Notes under the pieces: model-generated
Told to the model about the DNA's origin: nothing
The model's input: the letters and a program-made list of their open reading frames with translations, nothing else
The model's database searches: none
Program-made: the position numbers and the translations under genes
Assembly: GCA_038208905.1 (NCBI GenBank)
Contig: JBBQYG010000022.1
Location: forward strand, 1-35,140
From: Candidatus Sumerlaeia bacterium
GTDB taxonomy: Bacteria; Sumerlaeota; Sumerlaeia; SLMS01
Length of the DNA stretch: 35,140 nt
Direction of reading: 5' to 3'
Shown: piece by piece, positions 1-9,241 of the stretch
How positions within the stretch are numbered: the first letter of the stretch is position 1
Layout of the letters: each line of letters starts with the position of its first letter

Positions 1-1
1 A

Positions 2-487
2 GATGGGCACACGCGCGCAGTCTATGCGGTGGGGCGGTTGGCGCTGGCGGGGGGGGAGCTGGATGGGGCGAAGACTTCGCCAGAGGACATCGCCGCCACC
101 CTTCGCCAGGCCAAGCGCATCGCCATCGCGAATCCCGAGACGGCGCCCTATGGCCGGGCGGCGCGCGAGGCGATGGAGAAGCTGGGCGTGTGGAATGAAA
201 TCGAGAGCCGCCTGGTGTTTGGCCAGGACGTGGGACAGGCGCTTCAGTACGCCAAGACAGGCAATGTCGATCTCGCCTTTGCGCCCGCGTCGCTCCTTGT
301 CGATTCGGAACTCCGAAGCCTCGCAATCCCGGCGAATCTCCACGCGCCGATCCGGCAGGCGCTTGCGGTGCGCGCGGAGAATCCTTCGATTCACGCTGCC
401 CCGTTTGCGGCCTTCATCGGGTCGGATGAGGCCAAGGCGATTCTCGCGCGCCGTGGCTATGATTTCGACACGGCGAAAGCGCCGTGA
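2..487 (+). CDS. modA: Molybdate ABC transporter substrate-binding protein, 5'-truncated by window edge
   Basis: Frame open from base 2; YAVGRLAL, IAIANPETAPYGRAA and GQDVGQALQY...GNVD motifs; stop overlaps the modB start (GTGA). Confidence 0.9.
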   Translation, partial: DGHTRAVYAVGRLALAGGELDGAKTSPEDIAATLRQAKRIAIANPETAPYGRAAREAMEKLGVWNEIESRLVFGQDVGQALQYAKTGNVDLAFAPASLLVDSELRSLAIPANLHAPIRQALAVRAENPSIHAAPFAAFIGSDEAKAILARRGYDFDTAKAP

Positions 488-1173
488 GTGTTCTTGATCT
501 CCTTGCCGGCGTCGATTGGCGCCCCATCGGCCTGACGCTGCGCGTGGCGGTGGCGGCGACGGGACTATCGGTGGTGATCGGTTCGCTGCTGGGCTACGCG
601 CTGAGCACGTTTCATTTTCCCGGGCGGCGCTGGGCCATGGCGGCGGTCATGCTGCCGCTGGTGCTGCCGCCGACGGTTCTTGGCTACTACCTGTTGGTGC
701 TGATCGGCCGCCGGGGACCCATCGGTGAATTGTGGATGGCGGTGTTCGGCGGGCCCCTGGTCTTCACCACAAACGCGGCGATCATCGCGGCGAGTGTTTC
801 CGCGATTCCCATCGTGGCGCGCCAGTTGGCGGCGGCATTCGCGTCGACGGATTCCGAGGTGCTCGAAGCGGCGCGTATAGACGGCGCCGGAGCCGCGCGG
901 CTTTTCCTCTCCGTCTATCTGCCGCTGATGCGGCCCGCGCTCGGGGCGGCAACGACCATCGCCTTCGCGCGATGCGTGGGCGATTTCGGCGCGACGCTGA
1001 TGGTGGCGGGAAGCATCCCGGGCGAGACCCAGACGGCATCCATCGCCATCTACGAGTTGATGAACGCGGGTCGCGACGGAGAGGCCTTCGTGCTGGTGCT
1101 GATCGTCAGCATGATCTCCCTCGCGGTGCTGGCATTCGCGGGCGGACCCGAGTTCAAGCGCCCGCCCCGCTAG
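484..1173 (+). CDS. modB: Molybdate ABC transporter permease
   Basis: LPLVLPPTVLGYYLL, EAA loop (EAARIDGA), FARCVGDFGATLMVAGSIPGETQT. Confidence 0.93.
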   Translation: MSVLDLLAGVDWRPIGLTLRVAVAATGLSVVIGSLLGYALSTFHFPGRRWAMAAVMLPLVLPPTVLGYYLLVLIGRRGPIGELWMAVFGGPLVFTTNAAIIAASVSAIPIVARQLAAAFASTDSEVLEAARIDGAGAARLFLSVYLPLMRPALGAATTIAFARCVGDFGATLMVAGSIPGETQTASIAIYELMNAGRDGEAFVLVLIVSMISLAVLAFAGGPEFKRPPR

Positions 1174-1273
1174 CAGCCATCGAAAGGCCACGGTGTTCCG
1201 ACTTGCGCGCCCTCCGCGCGAGGGGCTCGATGGGCAGCCAGTTTCAGCGTCAGGATATCAAGGTTTCCGGTAA

Positions 1274-1978
1274 ATGCCCATTCGCCACCGCCTCCCCTTT
1301 CTTGCCGCCATCACATCCGCCTTGATTGCGGCGGGCACCGCCGCCCGGGCCCAGAATGTCGCGCGGGGCGTCGTCTTCGAGGACAGCAACGGCAACGGCA
1401 AGATGAACGCGGGCGAGTCGCCGCTTCCCGGAGTCGGTGTGTCGTCGGAAACGGAAGTCGTGCTGACGGGCGCGGATGGCCGCTATGAACTGACCATCGA
1501 CGATGATTCGTTTGTCTTCGTGGTGAAGCCGACGGGCTATATGGTGGATCTGGGGAATCACAGCCTGGCGAAGCACGACGGCGACGACTACTCATTTACC
1601 TACAAGGCCGCGGGATTTGACCGCGATCGCCAGATGAGAATCTATCCGCCGGGACGGCATCGCAGCGGCGACAAGGCGGATAGCAAGATTCTGCTAAACG
1701 TCTTTGACGGGATGGAGCGCGCGACGGTTGAGTTCAGCATCAACGATGGCGAATTCCAACCGATGCAGTTTGCTCCGCAGGAAGAGCCCTTGGCCCAGAG
1801 CTACTATTCCGGCCCGGTGCCGTTGGGCAAGTCGTGGGTCAGGCCGCTGGTCTCCCATCACATCTGGGAGGCGCCGCTGGAGCGGGCCTCGCTTACCGCG
1901 GCCCCGGGCCTGGCGAGTGTTCGGTATCGCGACGAGCTGGGACGCGAGTTTGTGCAGACATCGATCTTCCGCAAATAG
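1274..1978 (+). CDS. Secreted calcineurin-like phosphoesterase N- and C-terminal accessory domains without the catalytic domain (possible internally deleted remnant)
   Basis: Signal peptide (AARA-Q); GVVFEDSNGNG...GVGVS...TGADGRYEL...FVVKPTGY joined directly to DGDDYSFTYKAAG...QMRI...HIWEAPL; no DxH/GDxxD/GNHD metal motifs. Confidence 0.65.
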   Translation: MPIRHRLPFLAAITSALIAAGTAARAQNVARGVVFEDSNGNGKMNAGESPLPGVGVSSETEVVLTGADGRYELTIDDDSFVFVVKPTGYMVDLGNHSLAKHDGDDYSFTYKAAGFDRDRQMRIYPPGRHRSGDKADSKILLNVFDGMERATVEFSINDGEFQPMQFAPQEEPLAQSYYSGPVPLGKSWVRPLVSHHIWEAPLERASLTAAPGLASVRYRDELGREFVQTSIFRK

Positions 1979-1989
1979 GGGAAGCAATT

Positions 1990-4131
1990 CTGGGCGAGTC
2001 ACTCTTCCAGCTGGACGCAGGCCTTTTCCGCCTGATCAACGGGAACCTCCACCACATGCCCGTGCTGGACGGGTTGATGTACACGGTCACGGACTTCAGC
2101 CTGTTCCAGATTCCGCTTCTGATTATCATCGCGGCGGCATTCATCTTCGGCAACTGGCGCCTGCGCGGCGCGATGCTGATGGCGGTGGCGGCGGTGCTGC
2201 TGGCCGACATGATCGGGCAGGACCTGAAGATGCTGTTCGACCGTCGCCGTCCGTACTTCACACTGGAGGGCGTGCAACTTCCCAGCGGCGGGGGCGATTC
2301 GAAATCGCCGAGTTTTCCCTCCAACCATGCCGTCAACACGATGGCGGGCGCCGTGGTTGTCGCGTGGCATTTCAGGAAGAAGCTCTGGCTGGCGATTCCC
2401 AGCTTCGTATTCCCCGCGATGGTGGGCCTCTCTCGCGTATACATGGGGGTCCACTATCCCAGCGACGTGCTGGGCGGTTTCCTCCTCGGCGCGCTGGTCG
2501 CCAGCGCTGTCATCGCCGTCCGGGAGCGCGTTCCTCCCGTGACTCGCGGCGAAGACAAGGTATGGCACTTTCATTGGGGCCGCATGGCGGTGCTGTTCGT
2601 CGCGATCGTTTCCATCTATCGCTTCTCGGTGATTACACGGGGCATTTTTCCCCTGTCGCCGGAGGAAGCGCAGTATTGGGTGTGGTCGCGGATTTTCGAC
2701 GAGGGCGACATGGCGCGCGCGCCGATGACGCTGTGGATGATTCGCATTTCCACGGGCTTGTTTGGCGACTCCGAGTTCGGCGTGCGCGCGGTGGCGTGGC
2801 TCCTGGCTATCGCCATGTCGGCGCTCGCCTGGCGCTTCGTCCTGGAGATTGCGGATTCTGCGCGCGTGGCGTTCTTCGCGGTCCTGGCGCTGAGCGTGAT
2901 GCCGCTCTCCGCGGCGGGGGCGATGCTCGCGACGGCCGAGACCGCGATGATGTTCTTCTGGGTGGCCTGCGTGCGCGCGCTTCACCTCGCGCTGTTTCAT
3001 AGGCGCCGGGCAGAGTGGATCGTGGCCGCGCTGCTCCTTGGGCTGGGAATCCTCTGCGACTACTCGATGGTCTATGTGGTGCCGTGCCTCTTCATCCATC
3101 TGGCGCTTTGCCGACCCCATCGCGAGTGGCTCCGCCGGCCGGAACCCTATCTCTTCGCCGCGATTACGCTGTTGTTCCTGACGCCTCTGCTACTGTGGAG
3201 CGAGCACGAGGACGCCTCGGTCTTTCTCCACCTCCTCCGCCAGACGATTGGCACCGGCGACGCCAACTTCAGCGCAGGCGCCGTGCTCGATTACCTGGTC
3301 GATCAGTTCGCCATCGTGGGCCCGCCGCTGTTCTGCCTGATGGTTTTCTATCCCATCGCCAAGTGGCACCGAAGGGAGCTGGGCGGCGACGCGCGCGGGA
3401 TTTTCCTCCTCTCGCTCGGCGTTCCCGTGTACATCGGGCTCCTCGCGCGAAGCCTTTCCGGAGAGGTTGTGGTCGATTGGGCCGTACCCGCATACTTCAC
3501 GTGGTCGATCTATACAGTGTGGATGGTGGAGCGAGATATTGCGACGCGCTGGCCCTCGGGCTACGCCAAGGCACTTGGCCTCGTCGCGGCATTGGGCATC
3601 GCCATCCCCGCCTTTGGGTTCGTTGCGCTCTACGATCGCACGGTCTGGCGCATGGTGGCGAGCGGCGCCAGCACATTTGGCATCCCCGCGACGCCACGCG
3701 GCGATCCGGCGTATCGCCTTCTGGGCTACGACGATCTGGGCGAGTGGGTCACCGAGGCCCGCGATGCGATGCCGATTCCCGAGAGGACATTCCTTTTTGC
3801 CGGTCGCTATCAGGAGGCTGCGGAGATGTCCTTCTATGTGGAGGGCCAGCCGCGGACTTATACGCCCTACTTCGGCGGGGAGCGGACCAGCTTTCACCAG
3901 ACCTGGAGCCAACCGTCGGGCGAGCTCCGCGGCTGGGACGCCCTGCTGGTGCTGCCGGGGCGTGTGGACACACCACGCCCCGAAGTGATCGCGGGATTCC
4001 GCGTGGTGTGGGAGCCAGTGTATCTGGAGATCCGCGAGAAGCGAAAGACGGTGAAGTGGTTCACGCTCTTTCGCTGCTGGGGCTATCGGGGAGAGTTCCC
4101 CCACGCCGTGGATGGCGACGCCGTTCCCTGA
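1990..4131 (+). CDS. PAP2-family lipid phosphatase fused to a GT-C (ArnT/PMT-like) membrane glycosyltransferase; start codon uncertain
   Basis: PAP2 motifs KMLFDRRRP, SFPSNH, SRVYMGVHYPSD; then LSPEEAQYWVWS, FGDSEFGVR and many TM segments. Confidence 0.8.
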   Translation: MGESLFQLDAGLFRLINGNLHHMPVLDGLMYTVTDFSLFQIPLLIIIAAAFIFGNWRLRGAMLMAVAAVLLADMIGQDLKMLFDRRRPYFTLEGVQLPSGGGDSKSPSFPSNHAVNTMAGAVVVAWHFRKKLWLAIPSFVFPAMVGLSRVYMGVHYPSDVLGGFLLGALVASAVIAVRERVPPVTRGEDKVWHFHWGRMAVLFVAIVSIYRFSVITRGIFPLSPEEAQYWVWSRIFDEGDMARAPMTLWMIRISTGLFGDSEFGVRAVAWLLAIAMSALAWRFVLEIADSARVAFFAVLALSVMPLSAAGAMLATAETAMMFFWVACVRALHLALFHRRRAEWIVAALLLGLGILCDYSMVYVVPCLFIHLALCRPHREWLRRPEPYLFAAITLLFLTPLLLWSEHEDASVFLHLLRQTIGTGDANFSAGAVLDYLVDQFAIVGPPLFCLMVFYPIAKWHRRELGGDARGIFLLSLGVPVYIGLLARSLSGEVVVDWAVPAYFTWSIYTVWMVERDIATRWPSGYAKALGLVAALGIAIPAFGFVALYDRTVWRMVASGASTFGIPATPRGDPAYRLLGYDDLGEWVTEARDAMPIPERTFLFAGRYQEAAEMSFYVEGQPRTYTPYFGGERTSFHQTWSQPSGELRGWDALLVLPGRVDTPRPEVIAGFRVVWEPVYLEIREKRKTVKWFTLFRCWGYRGEFPHAVDGDAVP

Positions 4132-4137
4132 TCCGGA

Positions 4138-5055
4138 TCAGGCGCGCAGCAGGCCCTTCTCGATACAGTCGCGAAAGCCAACCTCGAACGACCTCGGCTC
4201 ATAGCCGAAGTCGGCCCGCGCCGCGCTGGAATCGACGGGGATCGCCCGGGCGAGGCCCTCGATATTGTCGCTGGTAACCGGCGGGTTGGGGAGCAACGCC
4301 TCACCCGCGAGCGCGCCGAGGCGGCAAATCGGCAACGGAATCGCGATGGCTGGTCCGCCCTTTCCAAGCATCCGCCTCACAGCGCGAATCAAGTCCCGGA
4401 ATCGCCAGTGCTCCTCTGGTCCACCGATCTGGTAGGTTTTCCCGTGAGCGCCAAGTGCCAGCGCGGCGCCCACGACGAAGGCCAGATCGTCCTCGTGTAC
4501 CGGCGCCACAGGTTCGGACCCATCGCCGATCAGGGGGACGATGGGGAGCTTTTCCATGAGGCCCGCAAACTTGTGAAAGATACCGCGCTTGCGGGGGCCG
4601 TAAACCAGGCTCGGCCGCAGGATCGTGAACGGCACGCCGGACGAGCGCACCTCCTCCTCGGAGAGGAACTTCGTCCCGCCGTAAATCGACCGGTTCAGCG
4701 GATGGGCGCTCATGGAGCTGATCTGGACCCAATGCTCGACACCGCGGGCATGGGCGGCATCGGCCAGAGCCCGCGTGCCGCGCACGTTCACCGCGAGCGA
4801 GGCCGCCAGATTGGGTCTCCCGGTGGAAACCACGGCGGCGGCGTGGATGATGGCGGCGGGGCGGATCTCGGCGACGAGGCGCGCAGCCTCGCCCAACGCC
4901 ACGAAGTCGCCGCGCACGACGTAGGCCTCCGGGTGGACGAGTTCCGTGTTGGAGCCTTCGCGCACGACGCAGAAGACATCGTGCTCCCCCCGCACGAGTT
5001 CCCGCGCGATGGCGGAACCCACGAGGCCGTTGGCTCCCGTGACGAGGACTCTCAT
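4138..5055 (-). CDS. NAD-dependent epimerase/dehydratase (atypical SDR, NDUFA9-like)
   Basis: VLVTGANGLVG, HAAA, YGGTK (YxxxK), ILRPSLVYGP. Confidence 0.88.
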   Translation of the reverse strand: MRVLVTGANGLVGSAIARELVRGEHDVFCVVREGSNTELVHPEAYVVRGDFVALGEAARLVAEIRPAAIIHAAAVVSTGRPNLAASLAVNVRGTRALADAAHARGVEHWVQISSMSAHPLNRSIYGGTKFLSEEEVRSSGVPFTILRPSLVYGPRKRGIFHKFAGLMEKLPIVPLIGDGSEPVAPVHEDDLAFVVGAALALGAHGKTYQIGGPEEHWRFRDLIRAVRRMLGKGGPAIAIPLPICRLGALAGEALLPNPPVTSDNIEGLARAIPVDSSAARADFGYEPRSFEVGFRDCIEKGLLRA

Positions 5056-5068
5056 TGGATGGCGAGGC

Positions 5069-6571
5069 TCAGGATTCGGAGCCCTTGGTCACCTGCTTGG
5101 AAAGATAGGCGACCATGTTGGCGATGTTCGGATCCTTGGCGATGGACGCCTCCATCTTGCGGCAGGCATAGATGATGGAGGTGTGGTCCTTGCCGCCGAA
5201 CTTCTGGGCGATGTCGGGAAAGCTAAAGTCGGTAAGCTTGCGGCAGAGGTACTGTGCCATGTGCCGCGGCTGGCTGAATTTCTTGGAACGGTTGGCGCCC
5301 AGCAGGTCCTCCCGCTTGATGCCGAAGTAGTTGCACACGGCGCGCTGGACGTCCTCGACCGTGACGCGGGGCTGGGGCGATCCGACCATCAGGGTGCCAA
5401 GGATATCCCGCGCCGAGGCGAGGTCGATGGGGCGGCTGTGGAGCGAGGACGCCATGCGCAGGCGCTTGAGGGCGCCCTCCATCTCGCGAATGCTGGAGGT
5501 GACGCGCTCCGCGATGAAGAGCATGACGTCGTTTGGAAGGCGCACACCCTCTGACTCGGCCTTCTTGCGAAGGATGGCGATGCGCGTTTCCAGATCGGGG
5601 GGCTGGATGTCCACCAGAAGGCCCCACTCGAACCGCGAGCGCAGGCGCTCCTCCAGAGTGGAGAGATCCTTGGGCGGGCGGTCGCTGGTGACGACGATCT
5701 TGCTGCCAGCGTCGTAGAGCGCGTTGAACGTGTGGAAGAACTCGTGCTGCGTGCGCTCCTTGCCCATGAAAAATTGCACGTCGTCGATCAGCAGGAGGTC
5801 CACGTTGCGGTAGGCGTTGCGGAACTCGCCGTGGGTCTTGTTCTGGATCGAGTCGATGAACGTGTTCATGAACTGCTCGGAGGTGACGTACACCACGCGG
5901 CTCTGGCGTTCCTGCTGGGCCATGTGGTGACCGATGGCCTGCATCAGATGCGTCTTGCCGAGGCCGGACCCGCCATAGATGAACAGGGGATTGAACGCCT
6001 TGGCCTTGGGGTCGGAAACCGCGAGAGCGGCGGCGTGGGCGTAGCGGTTGCTTTCGCCGACCACGAAATCATCGAAGAGGTATCGCGGATTCAGGCGGAG
6101 GGGAGCCGGGGCGTCGCCGGGGGCCCGACGCAGCTCGCGCGAATGCGTGGCGGGCGCGCCGTTGCCGCGCGGGAGCGCGAATGTATCGCTGTCGCGCAGC
6201 GCGGGAGCCGACGGGCGCTCGGTGCGCTCTCGCCGATAGGCCAGGTCAACGAAGTCCGTCTCCTGATCCATGTCGCCCTTCTCCTCGCCCGTGATGTCAG
6301 TCTCGGTAACTTGGATCACAATGGAAACCGGCTCTCCGAGGCAAGCCGAGAAAGCCTCCTCGATGTCTCCCATGTACCGCTTCTCGATCCATCGCTGATA
6401 AAACATATTCGGAACTGAAAGGACGACGCTCTGAGTATCGGAATCCACGTCCTCCAGCATCAGGGGGGCGATCCAGCCGGTGAAGGCCTCCTCGCCGACG
6501 GTGACGCGGATCCGGTTCATGGCCTTATCCCACAACGCGGGGGTCATAAGGACCGTGCTTTGCTTCTTCAT
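5069..6571 (-). CDS. dnaA: Chromosomal replication initiator DnaA (alternative starts at 6607 or 6547)
   Basis: LNPRYLFDDFVVGESN, NPLFIYGGSGLGKTHL, LLIDDVQF, RLRSRFEWGL, FGGKDHTS; domains I-IV present. Confidence 0.97.
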   Translation of the reverse strand: MKKQSTVLMTPALWDKAMNRIRVTVGEEAFTGWIAPLMLEDVDSDTQSVVLSVPNMFYQRWIEKRYMGDIEEAFSACLGEPVSIVIQVTETDITGEEKGDMDQETDFVDLAYRRERTERPSAPALRDSDTFALPRGNGAPATHSRELRRAPGDAPAPLRLNPRYLFDDFVVGESNRYAHAAALAVSDPKAKAFNPLFIYGGSGLGKTHLMQAIGHHMAQQERQSRVVYVTSEQFMNTFIDSIQNKTHGEFRNAYRNVDLLLIDDVQFFMGKERTQHEFFHTFNALYDAGSKIVVTSDRPPKDLSTLEERLRSRFEWGLLVDIQPPDLETRIAILRKKAESEGVRLPNDVMLFIAERVTSSIREMEGALKRLRMASSLHSRPIDLASARDILGTLMVGSPQPRVTVEDVQRAVCNYFGIKREDLLGANRSKKFSQPRHMAQYLCRKLTDFSFPDIAQKFGGKDHTSIIYACRKMEASIAKDPNIANMVAYLSKQVTKGSES

Positions 6572-6783
6572 TCGGAGCCTGGTGGGTACTGACGATTTGC
6601 CGTTCAAGACAGTCGGGGAGGTATCAAAGACAAACCGTGCCCAGCAAGGCCTTTCTGCTTTATCCTCAAACTGAGAAGAAGTCGAGTATCTATATTGTTT
6701 TCAATGGTCTATGCGCGGACTGTATAGATCGCAGTACGCGCGGAAATCGTCATCGGGGAATCCAGAAGTCGGCGCCCTTCAAG

Positions 6784-6812
6784 GCTCTACAACTCATCCG
6801 GCGGTGTGTCAA
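6784..6812 (-). promoter_or_regulatory. Candidate sigma70-type promoter for dnaA
   Basis: Minus-strand TTGACA (6812-6807), 17-nt spacer, then TAGAGC (weak -10). Confidence 0.3.
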
Positions 6813-7034
6813 AGGGGTGGCATTTACTCAATATGGAGGGCGCTGGCGGGGATTCGTGGCATCGCGATGTCGGCTTTTTGAGCATTGTACGCCATCGAAA
6901 AAAGGCCCTTCTGTATCCGCCTGAGGGCTCCACTTCCACTTGCGCTTGACCCCATCCAGCGCCCCTCCTCTCGCGCGCCACGCGGGCACTCCCCGCGCAG
7001 GCCGACTGCGGTAGTCCCTCCAGGAGCCCTCCCC

Positions 7035-7907
7035 GTGTCCGAAGTCATATACGTCAATGGCGAATTCCTCCCCAAGGATCAGGCGAAGATCAGCGTCTTC
7101 GACCACGGCCTTCTCTATGGAGACGGTGTCTTCGAGGGGATCAGATTCTATGGCCGCAATATCTTTCGTCTCGAGGAACACCTTGAGCGCCTGTACAGTT
7201 CCGCCAAGTATATCATGCTCAAGCCGCCGAAGTCGCACCAGGAGCTGATCGAGCTGACGGCGGAGACGTGTCGCCGCAACGGCCACGACGACGGGTATAT
7301 ACGATTGATTGTCACTCGCGGCGAAGGAACGCTGGGGCTGAATCCCTATGCCTGCACAGAGCCCGGCCTGATCATCATCGCGTCGAAAATCCAGCTCTAT
7401 CCCCAGGAGTACTACGAGAAGGGCCTGCCGGTGATCGTCGCCGCGACTCGGCGCTTTTCGCCTGATGGACTGAGCCCGCGAGTGAAGTCGCTCAACTACC
7501 TGAACAACATCATGGCCAAGATGGAGGCGATCCACTCCGGCGTGCAGGAGGCGATCATGCTGGACCAGAGCGGCTTCATCGTGGAGTGCACCGGCGACAA
7601 TTTCTTCATCATCCGCAAGGGCGTGGTGTTCACGCCGCCGACGTATCAGGGCGCGCTGCGCGGCGTCACGCGGGACGCGGTGATCGAGATCGCGAAGGAG
7701 AAGGGCATCGAAGTGCGCGAAGAGCGCCTCACGCTCTACGAGGCCTTCGAGGCCGACGAGTGCTTCCTGACGGGCACCGCGGCGGAGATCATCCCCGTGA
7801 TCGCCATCGACCGCCGCCCGATAGGAGACAGCAAGCCAGGGCCCATCACCGGCGACCTGATCGCGGCGTTCCGAAAGATCACCACGGAGCAGGGCGTGAA
7901 GTTCTAG
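7035..7907 (+). CDS. ilvE: Branched-chain amino acid aminotransferase
   Basis: GTG after AGGAG; SVFDHGLLYGDGVFEGIR, KSLNYLNN, ECTGDN, ADECFLTGTAAEIIPV. Confidence 0.92.
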   Translation: MSEVIYVNGEFLPKDQAKISVFDHGLLYGDGVFEGIRFYGRNIFRLEEHLERLYSSAKYIMLKPPKSHQELIELTAETCRRNGHDDGYIRLIVTRGEGTLGLNPYACTEPGLIIIASKIQLYPQEYYEKGLPVIVAATRRFSPDGLSPRVKSLNYLNNIMAKMEAIHSGVQEAIMLDQSGFIVECTGDNFFIIRKGVVFTPPTYQGALRGVTRDAVIEIAKEKGIEVREERLTLYEAFEADECFLTGTAAEIIPVIAIDRRPIGDSKPGPITGDLIAAFRKITTEQGVKF

Positions 7908-8071
7908 AGGGTGGGAATGGGGAATCGGGAATTGGGATGAAGCGAGTCGGCCCCACCACCGTGGCGGAAATCCCCATCTGCCGGGGGCTCCATGCTGCCA
8001 ACCCTTGCAACCTGGAATCGCCCGTGGAACAACTCGGCACTCCATTCGACTGACAGGCGGGTGTCGGCGGC

Positions 8072-9073
8072 ATGAACTTCAAGCAGATCGAGGCCCTGAT
8101 TTACGTCAATCAGCACGGGACGTTCAAGAACGCCGCGGAGGCGTTGTATTTCAAATCGGCGGGCGAGGAGTATATCACTCCCGAGTCGATCCAATATCGC
8201 GTCAAGCAACTCGAGCAGGAACTCGGCGTCACGCTCTATCGCAAGAAGCAGGGCAGCACCCAGGTCCGCATAACGCGGGAGGGCCGTCTCTTCCTGACAG
8301 AGGCCCTTGATGTATATCAGCGAATGACCGAGTGGCGGGAGCTGTTTCTGGAAGCGCCCGGGGGACTGCTGACGATGGCCTCCACCCAGACGGTGCTGAT
8401 CAACCGCCTGCACGGCGTGTTTGACAAGTACCACCGCCTCTATCCCGACGTCACGATCCGCGCCCACAATGCGTCGGGCGTTCAGATGGAGGAAATGGTT
8501 GCCGAGGGTCGGATCGACTTCGCCATCTCGACACGCGCCCCCGTGGACGCGGACCTGGAATACATCCTTTGGATGAAGACCAATCTGGTGGTGGTCACAC
8601 CCAAGGGTCACCCGCTGGCGAAGAAGGCGACCGTGACCTTGGCAGAGCTCGTCAAGCATCCGCTGGTGCTGCTCGAGCGCGAACCCCACAGCGACCGCGA
8701 GAAGCTCGACCACGCCTTCCGTCGCCTTGGCCTCAAGAAGCCCAACGTGGTCTTCGAGACGTCGAATTCCGAAATCATCCTGAGCTATATCGAATCGGGC
8801 ATGGGGGTCAGCGTCATCTCCGAGACAACCCTTGTCCGTAACCTCCGCAAGGTGGAGAAAGTCACCCTCGCCGAGCCGATCGGCCACAGCGAAGTCGGCC
8901 TCCTCGTCCGCGGCGGGCAATACCTCCCCAGCCGAGTGCGCAACTTCATCCGATTGCTGGATCCCAAGTTCGAGGCATGGCTGGAAGCCCGGGAGGTTGC
9001 CAAGCCGGCCCCCCCCGATGAGGACGATGCGGAACCCAAGCCCAAGAAGAAGCGCCCCAGACTTGAAGGATAG
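8072..9073 (+). CDS. LysR-family transcriptional regulator (CysB/Cbl-like)
   Basis: N-terminal HTH (FKNAAEALY...VKQLEQELGVTLYR), ASTQT, GRIDFAI, GMGVSVI. Confidence 0.85.
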   Translation: MNFKQIEALIYVNQHGTFKNAAEALYFKSAGEEYITPESIQYRVKQLEQELGVTLYRKKQGSTQVRITREGRLFLTEALDVYQRMTEWRELFLEAPGGLLTMASTQTVLINRLHGVFDKYHRLYPDVTIRAHNASGVQMEEMVAEGRIDFAISTRAPVDADLEYILWMKTNLVVVTPKGHPLAKKATVTLAELVKHPLVLLEREPHSDREKLDHAFRRLGLKKPNVVFETSNSEIILSYIESGMGVSVISETTLVRNLRKVEKVTLAEPIGHSEVGLLVRGGQYLPSRVRNFIRLLDPKFEAWLEAREVAKPAPPDEDDAEPKPKKKRPRLEG

Positions 9074-9241
9074 ACACGCGCTATCGCCGATCAACGCGGC
9101 GGAGAGCCTCCAAGGGCCGCAGTACGCTGGACATCGCGGTTGACAGGTGGGGGAGTCCGCATTCGACTGCCGGGCTTGATCGCGGTGAACGCTCTGGTTC
9201 CCGGCCCCTGCTTACGATCTTACATTCCGAAGGACTACACG

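Noticed and set aside
1174-1273. No modC after modA-modB
   Set aside because: modC may lie upstream of the window or elsewhere; this cannot be judged here.
6525-6534. TTATCCCACA, resembling a DnaA box
   Set aside because: It has an extra base relative to TTATCCACA and lies within dnaA coding sequence (LWDKA).
9140-9168. TTGACA upstream of nrnA, and TTG at 9140 as start
   Set aside because: No convincing -10 at 17 nt; ATG 9242 with an AAGGA SD is the better start.
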